The translations under genes and the position numbers were made by a program. Below are positions 10,192 to 18,807 of a stretch of 41,638 nt of DNA, in pieces; positions within the stretch are counted from its first letter, which is position 1, and each line of letters begins with the position of its first letter. The notes under the pieces were generated by a model. The model had not been told where the DNA came from, did not search any database, and saw only the letters and a program-made list of their open reading frames with translations. This stretch comes from Bdellovibrionota bacterium. GTDB lineage: Bacteria; Bdellovibrionota_C; UBA2361; OMII01. The stretch is from the NCBI GenBank assembly GCA_044356215.1, contig JBIKWQ010000027.1:1-41638 (forward strand). The letters run 5' to 3'.

Positions 10192-11139
10192 TTGGTGATG
10201 CGCGCGTTGGTGATAGGTGCCGGTGGCTTTGCTGGAAGGCACCTAGTCGCCGAGCTTAAAGCTCTGGGAGATGATGTATTCTCGGCTGTTCAATTTACCA
10301 GAGGCGGGGTCGATGCCAGTCGTGAGGTGCCGGTCGATATAACTGACCGCTACTCGATCGCGCGCGCTTTGGAGATATCCCAACCTGAGGCGGTATATCA
10401 CTTAGCTGGTATAGCTTTTGTTCCAGAGGCTGAAAGTGATTTTGATAAAGCGCTTAAGGTAAACGTTGGTGGTGCGGTAAATATTTTGGCGGAATGCGCT
10501 AAGACTCGGCGACATACGCGAGTGGTCTTTGTCAGTTCAGCCGAGGTTTATGGCGCGGTGCCAGCGAGAGGGCTACCGATAACTGAGGATACCCCGACCG
10601 CTCCGGCAAATAATTATAGCCTAAGTAAGTTAATGGCAGAGGCGGCGGTCGAACGCTATCAGCGCGGAACCTCCTTAACGTGCGCCATAGCTAGGCCCTT
10701 TAACCACATCGGCCCGGGGCAGGACCGGCGTTTTGTATCGGCTTCTTTTGCTTTGCAGCTCGCGCTCATAGCGCACGGAAAGGCTGAGCCAGTATTGCGG
10801 GTCGGGAACTTAGAAGCAAAGAGAGATTTCTCCGATGTTCGCGATATCGTTCGGGGTTACGCACTTTTAGGTCGCTCAGAGGGAGGGATCTTTAATCTGG
10901 GCGCTGGTCGTTCCAGAGTTGTCCGCGAGGTTTTGGATACCCTCATTAATATATCTGGCTTGTCAGTTAAGATAGAGGCCGATCCAGCCAGGCAACGTGG
11001 TCCTGAGACCCCTGAGCTTTACGGAAGTTATCAGAAGATAAAGTCTCAGTGTGGATGGGAGCCGCGCATATCATTCGAGCAGTCGCTGCAGGATGTGTAT
11101 AAGTTCTGGTTCGATTATGTGGCTCGTGGTGGCGAGTAG
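10192..11139 (+). CDS. NAD-dependent epimerase/reductase, GDP-4-dehydro-6-deoxy-D-mannose reductase (Rmd)-like
   Basis: GAGGFAG, SSAEVYG, YSLSK, RPFNHIGPGQ, GNL..KRDFSDVRD; directly follows gmd; ATG at 10198. Confidence 0.85.
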   Translation: MVMRALVIGAGGFAGRHLVAELKALGDDVFSAVQFTRGGVDASREVPVDITDRYSIARALEISQPEAVYHLAGIAFVPEAESDFDKALKVNVGGAVNILAECAKTRRHTRVVFVSSAEVYGAVPARGLPITEDTPTAPANNYSLSKLMAEAAVERYQRGTSLTCAIARPFNHIGPGQDRRFVSASFALQLALIAHGKAEPVLRVGNLEAKRDFSDVRDIVRGYALLGRSEGGIFNLGAGRSRVVREVLDTLINISGLSVKIEADPARQRGPETPELYGSYQKIKSQCGWEPRISFEQSLQDVYKFWFDYVARGGE

Positions 11140-11141
11140 GT

Positions 11142-11504
11142 TATCTGCAGGAACGGAAATACGGAAGAATTATCAATATAAGCAGTACCTATTCGTTTAC
11201 TGGGTCCGCCGCTGTGCTTAGCTATACGTGCTCTAAGGCCGCGCTTATTACGCTAACAACCACTATGGCGCGCGAGTTAGGGAAAGACGGAGTCACGGTG
11301 AACTGTATAGCTCCGGGCAATATCGATACGGATATGACCGCGGCGGCGGGGCAGGGAATCATTGACTGGGTGCTCGCGACAACTCCAGTCGGACGTCTTG
11401 GGAAGACATCAGAGGTCGGAGATGCGGCAAAATATCTGATTGACGCGCCGTTTGTTACCGGCGCTGTTATGACGGTGGATGGTGGGCAGAGTTTGAATGT
11501 GTGA
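11142..11504 (+). pseudogene. C-terminal half of a FabG-like short-chain dehydrogenase
   Basis: Frame upstream of the called ORF reads YLQERKYGRIINISS...YTCSK...VNCIAPG.IDTDM...VDGG; the N-terminal TGxxxGIG half is missing and the homology starts 2 bp after the rmd stop. Confidence 0.85.
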
Positions 11505-11570
11505 GGATTCTGGGGGCCTCAGCTTCGCTCCAGCTTGCCTATAAATTGCGTGCAAGGGCGAGAGCTATCG

Positions 11571-11579
11571 TGGTACAAT
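11571..11579 (+). promoter_or_regulatory. Possible extended -10 promoter for the DUF433 gene
   Basis: TGgTACAAT about 50 bp upstream of ATG 11630; no good -35. Confidence 0.35.
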
Positions 11580-11629
11580 AAAGGGAATGAGGGGGAAGGT
11601 TGTGCCAGTTCCTTCCGTTAAGGGCTTAT

Positions 11630-11845
11630 ATGAGTCAACACCAGGACCCAATTCATCGCATTACCACTAATCCTCAACAGTGTGGTGGGAGGCCATGCAT
11701 CAGGGGAATGAGAATAAGAGTGAGCGATATTCTCGACCTGCTGGCTGCGGGACTTACAAACGAGCAAATTCTGAGTGAATATCCTGATCTGGAGATGGAT
11801 GATATTCGCGCTTCAATCAAGTACATGCAGATCGGCGACGTATAA
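11630..11845 (+). CDS. DUF433 family protein (antitoxin-like), orphan
   Basis: RITTNP..CGGRPCIRGMRIRVSDIL.LLA.G...EQIL.EYPDLE..DIRA signature. Confidence 0.92.
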   Translation: MSQHQDPIHRITTNPQQCGGRPCIRGMRIRVSDILDLLAAGLTNEQILSEYPDLEMDDIRASIKYMQIGDV

Positions 11846-11847
11846 AT

Positions 11848-12594
11848 TCACCTAACCCCAACCACCCGCCCATCCCGAATCCCCTTAACCGACGCCTCGC
11901 TCCAGATTACTCCATCTTTTTTTACCGATAGGTTACCGATCGTGCCGCGATAATCGGAGATCTTGGTTAACGCCTGACTAAGGCTGGCTCCAGATCTCTC
12001 TGCAGATCTAAAAGCCTCTCCAAGAATCATCACTGAGTCGTAAGCATGCCCAACCCCAGCCGTGACCTCGCGTCCGTATTTATTTAGGAATCTCTCTTGG
12101 AATGAATCCGATGGTACGGCGGCATCGATAAACCACGAGCCCTCAAAGGCATGTTTATCGGCGGCTAGTCCGAAGCTCTCGATAGAGGTAAGTGGGATAT
12201 TAATACCTAGCTCGCGGGTTTGTCTGGCTAGTAACTCAATCTCTGGTGACAAGCCAAGTAACAGAAGCGAGTCCGGCTTAATTCGTCTCATGCGAATCAT
12301 AAGCGAGCGAAAATCCGTTGTTCCTCGGTTGTCCATAAATATAAGCTTAGCGTCGACTCCGTGAGCTTTAAGATCCTCGCTTGCCAAGATCGCCCCATCG
12401 CGGATTCCATTTCCGAGAAAAGCCCAGTCCCCTGATAGTGGCAGAACAAATCCGATCTTTAACGAGTTATCTCGACTACCTGGAGACGCTTCTAGAGGGG
12501 AGAGAAGGGGGGAGATAACGAGGATGGTGGCGAAGATGATAGCTAATATGTGCTTTATAATCATTATGTTATTATCTTTGTAACTACGCAGCAT
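11848..12594 (-). pseudogene. LivJ/LivK-like ABC substrate-binding protein with large in-frame internal deletion
   Basis: Signal peptide, KIG.VLPLSG..A.LG, then LIFMDNRG joins directly to TTDFRSL...PD, followed by F..KYG, AYDSV, GTIG..S; 248 aa versus about 370-400 typical. Confidence 0.75.
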
Positions 12595-12786
12595 ATTCCT
12601 CCGCGATAACGTTAGCCACTATTAACGGGCGGCTTTGCGGAGCGGAGCGAATAAATGCGGCGGCCCGGAAAATCCGGTGAGTAGTTATGTGGCAAAAACT
12701 GAAAAAAACCGCGTCCAGCGAGCAAAAATCTCACTATCTCCGGCATCTGATCAAGGTAGGAAACGCTTTTTTGAAGCGAGGCTTGG

Positions 12787-14130
12787 ATGACGCAGGATTC
12801 TTTAGAGGTGTTGCTAATAAGATCCCGAGATATCTCATGCCGCATCCCCGAACTATGCTCGAAGGGTTCAGGTCATGAATCGCCCCGTGTTATAGCGCTT
12901 GAATTCCATGATGGCTCTGAATCCACAGCGTCTCTTCAGTCGCTCAAGCGCGACCACCCCAGCGACATTATAGTCGCGTTAGTTCCAAACGGAGCGGTAT
13001 CTCTCGCTGTTAAGGCAACAAGGGCTGGAGCCGACGACGTAGTTGAATCGCCTCTAGACGATGAGAAGATAAGAAAGCTCCTAGGACAGCGGGCGAGATT
13101 CTCAACAGGGAACGCGTTTGAGGATGGCGCCACGAACTACGGTCGCTTAGGCGGACGAAGTCCGGTTATGCGGCAGCTATTTAGGCGCATAGGTTCAGTA
13201 GCACCGCTCGATACCACTGTGTTAATCAGCGGAGAGTCCGGAAGTGGCAAGGAGGTCGTGGCTCGTGAGATTCACGCGCGCAGTTCGCGACATGTCGGGG
13301 CATTTGTCGCCATCAACTGTGGCGCTATTCCAGATTCACTAATCGAGTCTGAGCTTTTTGGTCATGAGAAGGGCGCATTTACCAGTGCTGTCCGCGCCAA
13401 AGCTGGTCTTGTGGAGTTAGCGGATAACGGGACACTTTTTCTGGATGAAGTAGGGGATCTAAGTCTGAGCGCGCAGGTTAAGATTTTGCGATTTTTGCAG
13501 GAGCGTGAGTTTCGGCGCGTTGGAGGTGAGAAAACTATACGAGTTAATACCCGAGTCATCGCGGCATCGAACAAGGATTTGGAGGAGCTTGTGCGCGAAG
13601 GAAATTTCAGGTCCGACCTGCTTTATCGCCTTAATGTCGTAAATATCGTCGTCCCTTCATTAAGAGAGAGGCCGCAGGATTTAGAGCTATTGATAGCAAA
13701 GTGTCAGCAGCGTCTATCTTTAAAGTATGGCGGAAAAAGGCTGTCTTTTTCGAGCGACGCTTTGAGGGTGATCTCTGAATACAGATGGAGTGGGAATGTA
13801 CGGGAGCTTGAGAATATGATTGAACACCTGCTAGCGTTACATGTAGGGGCCGAGGTGGGAGTGAATGATCTACCTGTTAAGATTAGGAGATGTGTCGCTG
13901 CCAGTATCGCGACTCCAAGAGGTGATGAGATCGATACGTCAAAATTGGCGCTCTCTGATATCGGTCGGGTGTTAGAGAGCAAGATGATCCGAGAGGCTCT
14001 AGAGAGGAATAATTATATTCAGAGCAAAGCGGCGCGGGCTCTCGGCATTACTCGCAGAATTTTAAAATATAAGATGGATAAGTTGGGGATCTCGGCGGAG
14101 AGGTCGGGTTCTCGTCGCGTCACTTCTTAA
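12787..14130 (+). CDS. Sigma54-dependent Fis-family transcriptional activator with degenerate receiver domain
   Basis: GESGSGKE, INCGAIP, ESELFGHEKGAFTSA, GTLFLDE, FRSDLLYRLNV, W.GNVREL, C-terminal HTH (AARALGI.R..L.YKM). Confidence 0.93.
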   Translation: MTQDSLEVLLIRSRDISCRIPELCSKGSGHESPRVIALEFHDGSESTASLQSLKRDHPSDIIVALVPNGAVSLAVKATRAGADDVVESPLDDEKIRKLLGQRARFSTGNAFEDGATNYGRLGGRSPVMRQLFRRIGSVAPLDTTVLISGESGSGKEVVAREIHARSSRHVGAFVAINCGAIPDSLIESELFGHEKGAFTSAVRAKAGLVELADNGTLFLDEVGDLSLSAQVKILRFLQEREFRRVGGEKTIRVNTRVIAASNKDLEELVREGNFRSDLLYRLNVVNIVVPSLRERPQDLELLIAKCQQRLSLKYGGKRLSFSSDALRVISEYRWSGNVRELENMIEHLLALHVGAEVGVNDLPVKIRRCVAASIATPRGDEIDTSKLALSDIGRVLESKMIREALERNNYIQSKAARALGITRRILKYKMDKLGISAERSGSRRVTS

Positions 14131-14416
14131 ATAGCTGATCAAGCGCCGAGAGAGTCGCGCTCTTTGACGAGCCTTTATTCGCGGACGTAGAACGTGGCTT
14201 AAAATACTCACACCGATTGGCTCGCTCTTTATCTCGTACCCATTCAGCCGATGATTCGCGGCATTCATGGTGAGCGCCCGCGTCGTAAAGGTCACAGTTC
14301 ATACAGACATGAGCGTCGCGACTACAGCCGGAGCATGATTCTCTGAAGCCAAGAGGGTGACTGTGGGATATCTCAATCGACTTTGAGCAATGGTAGCAGG
14401 TAAGGTTGGTGGACAT
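14120..14416 (-). CDS. Small cysteine-rich, probably zinc-binding, hypothetical protein
   Basis: CxxC, CxxC, HxCxNC, two more Cys, DKE.AN.CEYF, C-terminal LDQLFKK; 11-bp convergent overlap with the activator. Confidence 0.8.
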   Translation of the reverse strand: MSTNLTCYHCSKSIEISHSHPLGFRESCSGCSRDAHVCMNCDLYDAGAHHECRESSAEWVRDKERANRCEYFKPRSTSANKGSSKSATLSALDQLFKK

Positions 14417-14795
14417 GGTGTTAAACTAGATAAGTTGTTAGGAGACCGCAACTACCTGGAGGGCTATATCCTGCGTCCTTCCAAGGAAGGAGAAGGGCAA
14501 CGGAGCGTGAGAAGGGGGGTGGGAGAGGCGCCGGCTGTATTCCCCTCTCTGCCCGTCCTCGCCGCCCTCGTTGTTTAAATAAAAAGCTGCAGTGGATTTT
14601 TTACTACAAAGAGCACGGCGAGGGAAAATCGGGGAGCAGATAGCATCCAAGAGATGAGGATGGTCTTGATATGTTCTATCTGTTAGTACAACGTTCGCAG
14701 TCCGCCCTTGTCCCCACTTTCTCTCGAATTATTTCCCTCTCCCGAAGCATCATACCAATTGTGCTTACGAGGACTTAGCGACAATATGCTGAGTC

Positions 14796-16115
14796 ATGTC
14801 GGTAATTCTCATGAATGATTCTTCCTCTGATTCGCGTGGCCAGGTTGTCCTCTCTGAGGCGCGGAAAAGGATCCGTTTCTCAATAGCTGAGCTCAAGTGG
14901 CTTGGAAGGGTGCTCATATCATCGGCGGACCGTTTCTACTGGGATAACGGGTTCTCCAAGGCGGCTTCACTAGCATACTCGTCACTGCTCTCGCTGATCC
15001 CATTAACCGCGCTGTGCTTCGGCATCCTTGCCGCCTTTATGAGCGGCGGCGAAGAGTATATGTCACAGATCCGCGAGTTCTTCTTTAAACAGTTCATCCC
15101 TGGTTCCACCGCGCTTGACGCGTTGATGCCACTTGTTGAGAAGTTTAGCAGCAAGATGACCTCTTTCTACTTTGTAGCGGCACTTATAGGTACCTCGCTT
15201 CTTCTGCTTAATTCGATTGAGTACACGCTCAATCAGGTGTGGCAGGTCTATGAGACGCGCAGAATTACCGACAAGATTGCGATATTTTGCGCTATTATCG
15301 TTTTGCTACCTGTCTTCGCTTTTTCGGGTTACTACACTAGCACCAAGGTAGAGCCGCTCTTCGCCGATTTCGGACTGGTCAGTGGGGTGTATCACGACAC
15401 TATGCCGTTCTTAATAGATTGGGTGGCGTTTGTGATGCTGTATTTCTTGGTTCCAAAAGCGCCAGTCAGATTTATCCCGGCGCTCTTCGGCGCCCTTGTG
15501 GCTTCTTTGCTGTTTGGTCTAGCCAAGCACTGGTTCGCCTACTATATCGTTGAGTTCTCGACATATGAGAGGGTTTATGAGTCTCTGGCGCTGGTTCCGA
15601 TATTCTTAATCTGGTTGTATGTCTCGTGGACGATAGTTCTGTTTGGGGCGGAGATCTCGTATCAGGCGCAGCATCTCCCAAGGAGCGGTAAGCTGTGGAC
15701 TCGGTCTCTTATGTCGATCGGAGATGGGGCTATGTTGTTGGCGGTTCAGAGCTTGGTGATAGTGGCGAAGGCATTCGCTGGGGGCCAAAAGATCCCGAAT
15801 GAATTGGAGATAGCTGAGGCGTTGGGGTGCAGTTCGTTGGTTTTAAAATCAAGCCTCGATTCTCTTGAGAGAGCAGGGCTGATAATGCGTGGCGACTCTC
15901 GTGATATGCCGCTACTTCTAATGAAATCGCCAGAGGCGATCACCGTTAGCGAAATAAGAGAGGCAGTTTTTAAGAAGAGGCAAGCAATGTTCCTCGGAGG
16001 GGAGATATCGCGCCTTTATGAGTGTTTTGGAGGGGCCAAGCGCGCGTCGCAGGTCTCGCTAAGTCAGATAATTTCACAACAGTCAGGAGAAAAGAGTGGC
16101 GATTTATCAAAGTGA
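14796..16115 (+). CDS. YihY/virulence factor BrkB family membrane protein with C-terminal winged-helix domain
   Basis: AASLAY.SLLSLIP, IE..LN.VW, Y..LA.VPIFLIWLY.SW.IVLFGAEI; soluble tail with EIAEALG...L..LE.AGLI. Confidence 0.9.
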   Translation: MSVILMNDSSSDSRGQVVLSEARKRIRFSIAELKWLGRVLISSADRFYWDNGFSKAASLAYSSLLSLIPLTALCFGILAAFMSGGEEYMSQIREFFFKQFIPGSTALDALMPLVEKFSSKMTSFYFVAALIGTSLLLLNSIEYTLNQVWQVYETRRITDKIAIFCAIIVLLPVFAFSGYYTSTKVEPLFADFGLVSGVYHDTMPFLIDWVAFVMLYFLVPKAPVRFIPALFGALVASLLFGLAKHWFAYYIVEFSTYERVYESLALVPIFLIWLYVSWTIVLFGAEISYQAQHLPRSGKLWTRSLMSIGDGAMLLAVQSLVIVAKAFAGGQKIPNELEIAEALGCSSLVLKSSLDSLERAGLIMRGDSRDMPLLLMKSPEAITVSEIREAVFKKRQAMFLGGEISRLYECFGGAKRASQVSLSQIISQQSGEKSGDLSK

Positions 16116-17349
16116 ACTTCCAAATGGTTTGGCGATAATTGTAGAGGAGATGGATCACGTTGAATCCGCGGCGTACGAGCTCTCTATTCCTGGCGGAATA
16201 ACCGCTGATCCCGTTGAGAATGTTGGGGCCAGCCTAGTTCTCGCCGAGTTAATCGCCAAAGGCGCCGGAGCTCTTGATTCTCGTGGGCTGTCCGAGGCTT
16301 TTGATAGCGCCGGAATTCGTCACGGAGAGGGAGCGGGAACGGATCGATTCTCTCTTAGTGGAGTCCTAGTTGCAAACCAACTAGACCGGGCGCTTGAGTT
16401 GGTAACATCGATGGTGCGTAATCCTAAGCTGCCTGCTGAGGATATTGAACCAATCGCAAGTATTCTTCTCCAGGATCTAGATTCGTTAAAGGATAACCCG
16501 GCCAGAAGAGCGATGGTTGAGTTGGCGAGTCGATTCTATCCAGCCCCTTTTAATCGATGCCCAATGGGCGACCCAGATGGTATCGCGATGTGCACCAGGG
16601 ACTTGATGGAACGGATTCACAGCCAGGTCTTCCGCCCTAAGGGAGCGATCCTGTCGGTGGCTGGCAAGGTTAACGCCAAGCGGGTATTTGATACAGTGTC
16701 GGAGTTACTTGGGGATTGGGGCGGAAAGGGATTAGAGATTCCTAAATTTGGCTCTCTGCCGAAACACGAGTATTTCCACCTCTCTGATAAATCCGCCCAA
16801 CTTCAGATCGTTATGGCCGCGCCATCAGCCAAATTTGGAGACGAGTTGTATTACGAATCAAAGTTGCTAGCGAGTATTCTTGGTGCCTCGATGTTTGGTA
16901 GGTTATTTGTTGAGCTGCGTGAAAAGAGAGGGCTCTGCTACTCAGTCTACGCCAGGCACAGCTCTACGGCGCAGTATGGAACTTTGTCAGCTTATGTTGG
17001 CACTACCCCAGAGCGAGCTCAGGAGAGTATGGATGTATTGCTGAACGAGTTTTCGAAGCTCCCAGAATCTATAACGCAAGAGGAGCTAGATCGCTCGCGT
17101 ACTAACCTTAAGGCTAGTTTGATCATGGGCGAGGAGAGTCCTGGTTCCCGAGCTGGATCTAACGCGAGTGATTGGTGGTTGATAAGGAGAATTCGAGGTC
17201 TAGATGAGATAAAAGCTGCAATCGATCAAGTTACGCTCGAGTCGCTTAATGAATTCATGGCACGCTATCCATTTTCCCCGTGCTCTGTCTTAACTCTAGG
17301 CAGTTCCACACTTAATGTAGACCCTAAAGTGATCTCAGGGGCTAAATAA
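16096..17349 (+). CDS. M16 (pitrilysin) family peptidase, non-catalytic subunit
   Basis: LPNGL start, GRLFVELREKRGLCYSV motif; HXXEH replaced by LVLAE. Confidence 0.9.
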   Translation: MAIYQSELPNGLAIIVEEMDHVESAAYELSIPGGITADPVENVGASLVLAELIAKGAGALDSRGLSEAFDSAGIRHGEGAGTDRFSLSGVLVANQLDRALELVTSMVRNPKLPAEDIEPIASILLQDLDSLKDNPARRAMVELASRFYPAPFNRCPMGDPDGIAMCTRDLMERIHSQVFRPKGAILSVAGKVNAKRVFDTVSELLGDWGGKGLEIPKFGSLPKHEYFHLSDKSAQLQIVMAAPSAKFGDELYYESKLLASILGASMFGRLFVELREKRGLCYSVYARHSSTAQYGTLSAYVGTTPERAQESMDVLLNEFSKLPESITQEELDRSRTNLKASLIMGEESPGSRAGSNASDWWLIRRIRGLDEIKAAIDQVTLESLNEFMARYPFSPCSVLTLGSSTLNVDPKVISGAK

Positions 17350-17368
17350 CTCTAATCTAGGAATCCAA

Positions 17369-18586
17369 ATGCCAAGCACATACAAACAGACTCAATTAAA
17401 GAATGGCCTTACGGTCATAGGCGAGAGTAATCCAGCCAACGTAAGTTCGGCGATCGGTTTCTTTGTTAAGACCGGCGCGCGAGATGAGACTCCAGCGGAG
17501 TCAGGGCTCTCGCATTTCTTAGAGCATATGATGTTTAAGGGTACGCCCACGCGTAGTGCCATCGATATAAACTTAGAGCTCGGCAATTTAGGAGCCCAAG
17601 CCAACGCGTTTACATCAGAGGAGAATACGGTCTACTACGCGGCGGTTATTCCAGAGAGATTTAGTGAGATGCAGGAGCTTTTAAGCGATATGCTCAGGCC
17701 AGCTCTGGATCCAAGTGAATTCGATATGGAGAAGAAGGTTATCCTTGAGGAGATCGCGCTCTACCAAGACAGGCCTCACTTTTTCCTTTTTGAGAACGCC
17801 TTCAAGGACTACTTTGGGTCACATCCAGCCGGTAATTCTGTTCTGGGTTCTCATGATTCAGTATCGGCTTTGACCCATGGGCAGATGCGTGATTATTTCG
17901 ACAGAAGGTACTCACCATCAAATATAGTGCTGGCCGCTAGCGGGAATTTCTCGTGGGATAGGTTTGTAGCTGATGCGGAGCGGTACACTAGCCAATGGCA
18001 AGATCAGACGGTGGGGCGCGAGCTTTCTCGTTTCGCGGTGAGCGCCAAGCAGCGAGTATTCAAGAAAGCCAATCTTGCGCAGGCCCATGCAGTTTTGATC
18101 TCAGAGGGTGTCAGCGCCCAAGATCCAGAGAGGTATCCGATGGCTCTGTTGTCCACGATGCTCGGTGATTCGAGTGGTTCCAGAATGTATTGGGATCTCA
18201 TAAACACGGGCCTCGCTGAGAGTGCTGGCGTTGATAGTGATGAAAGAGATGGGGCCGGGTGTTTTTCGGCGTACCTCTCTACATCTCCCGATCGGCTTGA
18301 GCAGGTTATCTCCATCGCTAAGAAGATACTATCAACCCCACGGGATTTCTCAGACCAAGATCTAGATCGCGCGAAAGCTAAGGTATGCTCGAGAATTGTA
18401 CTCGATGGAGAGATGCCGATGGGACGTTTAATGGCTCTTGGACTTGAGTGGACCTACCGGAAACAAAGCACTCCTCTGTCGGTTATAATTGAGCGCGTTA
18501 GAGCGGTATCGAGAAAGGATATTAACTCAGCCCTTGAAAGATTCGCCCTTAGCACTTGGGCTGAGTATCGGTTGATGCCGGAGTAG
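17369..18586 (+). CDS. M16 family zinc peptidase, catalytic subunit
   Basis: GARDE...SGLSHFLEHMMFKG (HXXEH), NAFTS.E.T.Y, EKKVILEEI. Confidence 0.95.
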   Translation: MPSTYKQTQLKNGLTVIGESNPANVSSAIGFFVKTGARDETPAESGLSHFLEHMMFKGTPTRSAIDINLELGNLGAQANAFTSEENTVYYAAVIPERFSEMQELLSDMLRPALDPSEFDMEKKVILEEIALYQDRPHFFLFENAFKDYFGSHPAGNSVLGSHDSVSALTHGQMRDYFDRRYSPSNIVLAASGNFSWDRFVADAERYTSQWQDQTVGRELSRFAVSAKQRVFKKANLAQAHAVLISEGVSAQDPERYPMALLSTMLGDSSGSRMYWDLINTGLAESAGVDSDERDGAGCFSAYLSTSPDRLEQVISIAKKILSTPRDFSDQDLDRAKAKVCSRIVLDGEMPMGRLMALGLEWTYRKQSTPLSVIIERVRAVSRKDINSALERFALSTWAEYRLMPE

Positions 18587-18607
18587 GTACTGCCTGTTCC
18601 GGATGTA

Positions 18608-18770
18608 TAGGGCGTAGCATTTTTTTATCACCACAGAGGACGCAGAGGACACAGAGAACGGCCATTTTATGGGCAATTAATGAGTTTTCTCTGTGTCCTC
18701 TGCGTCCTCTGTGGTAAAAAATAATTTACTAATTATCACAGCAGCTTCCCAAAAACACCGCGACGCCCTT
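18608..18770 (-). mobile_element. MITE family A, copy 2 (163 bp, reverse orientation)
   Basis: Perfect 9-bp flanking direct repeat CCGGATGTA (18599-18607 and 18771-18779); perfect 29-bp inverted arms 18630-18658 / 18687-18715. Confidence 0.9.
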
Positions 18771-18807
18771 CCGGATGTAAAGAAATGCTCGCTTTCGCGT
18801 GCTCTCC

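Noticed and set aside
14390..14650. Short ORFs 14390-14578 (+) and 14438-14650 (-)
   Set aside because: No motifs or clear RBS; region better explained by non-coding structure
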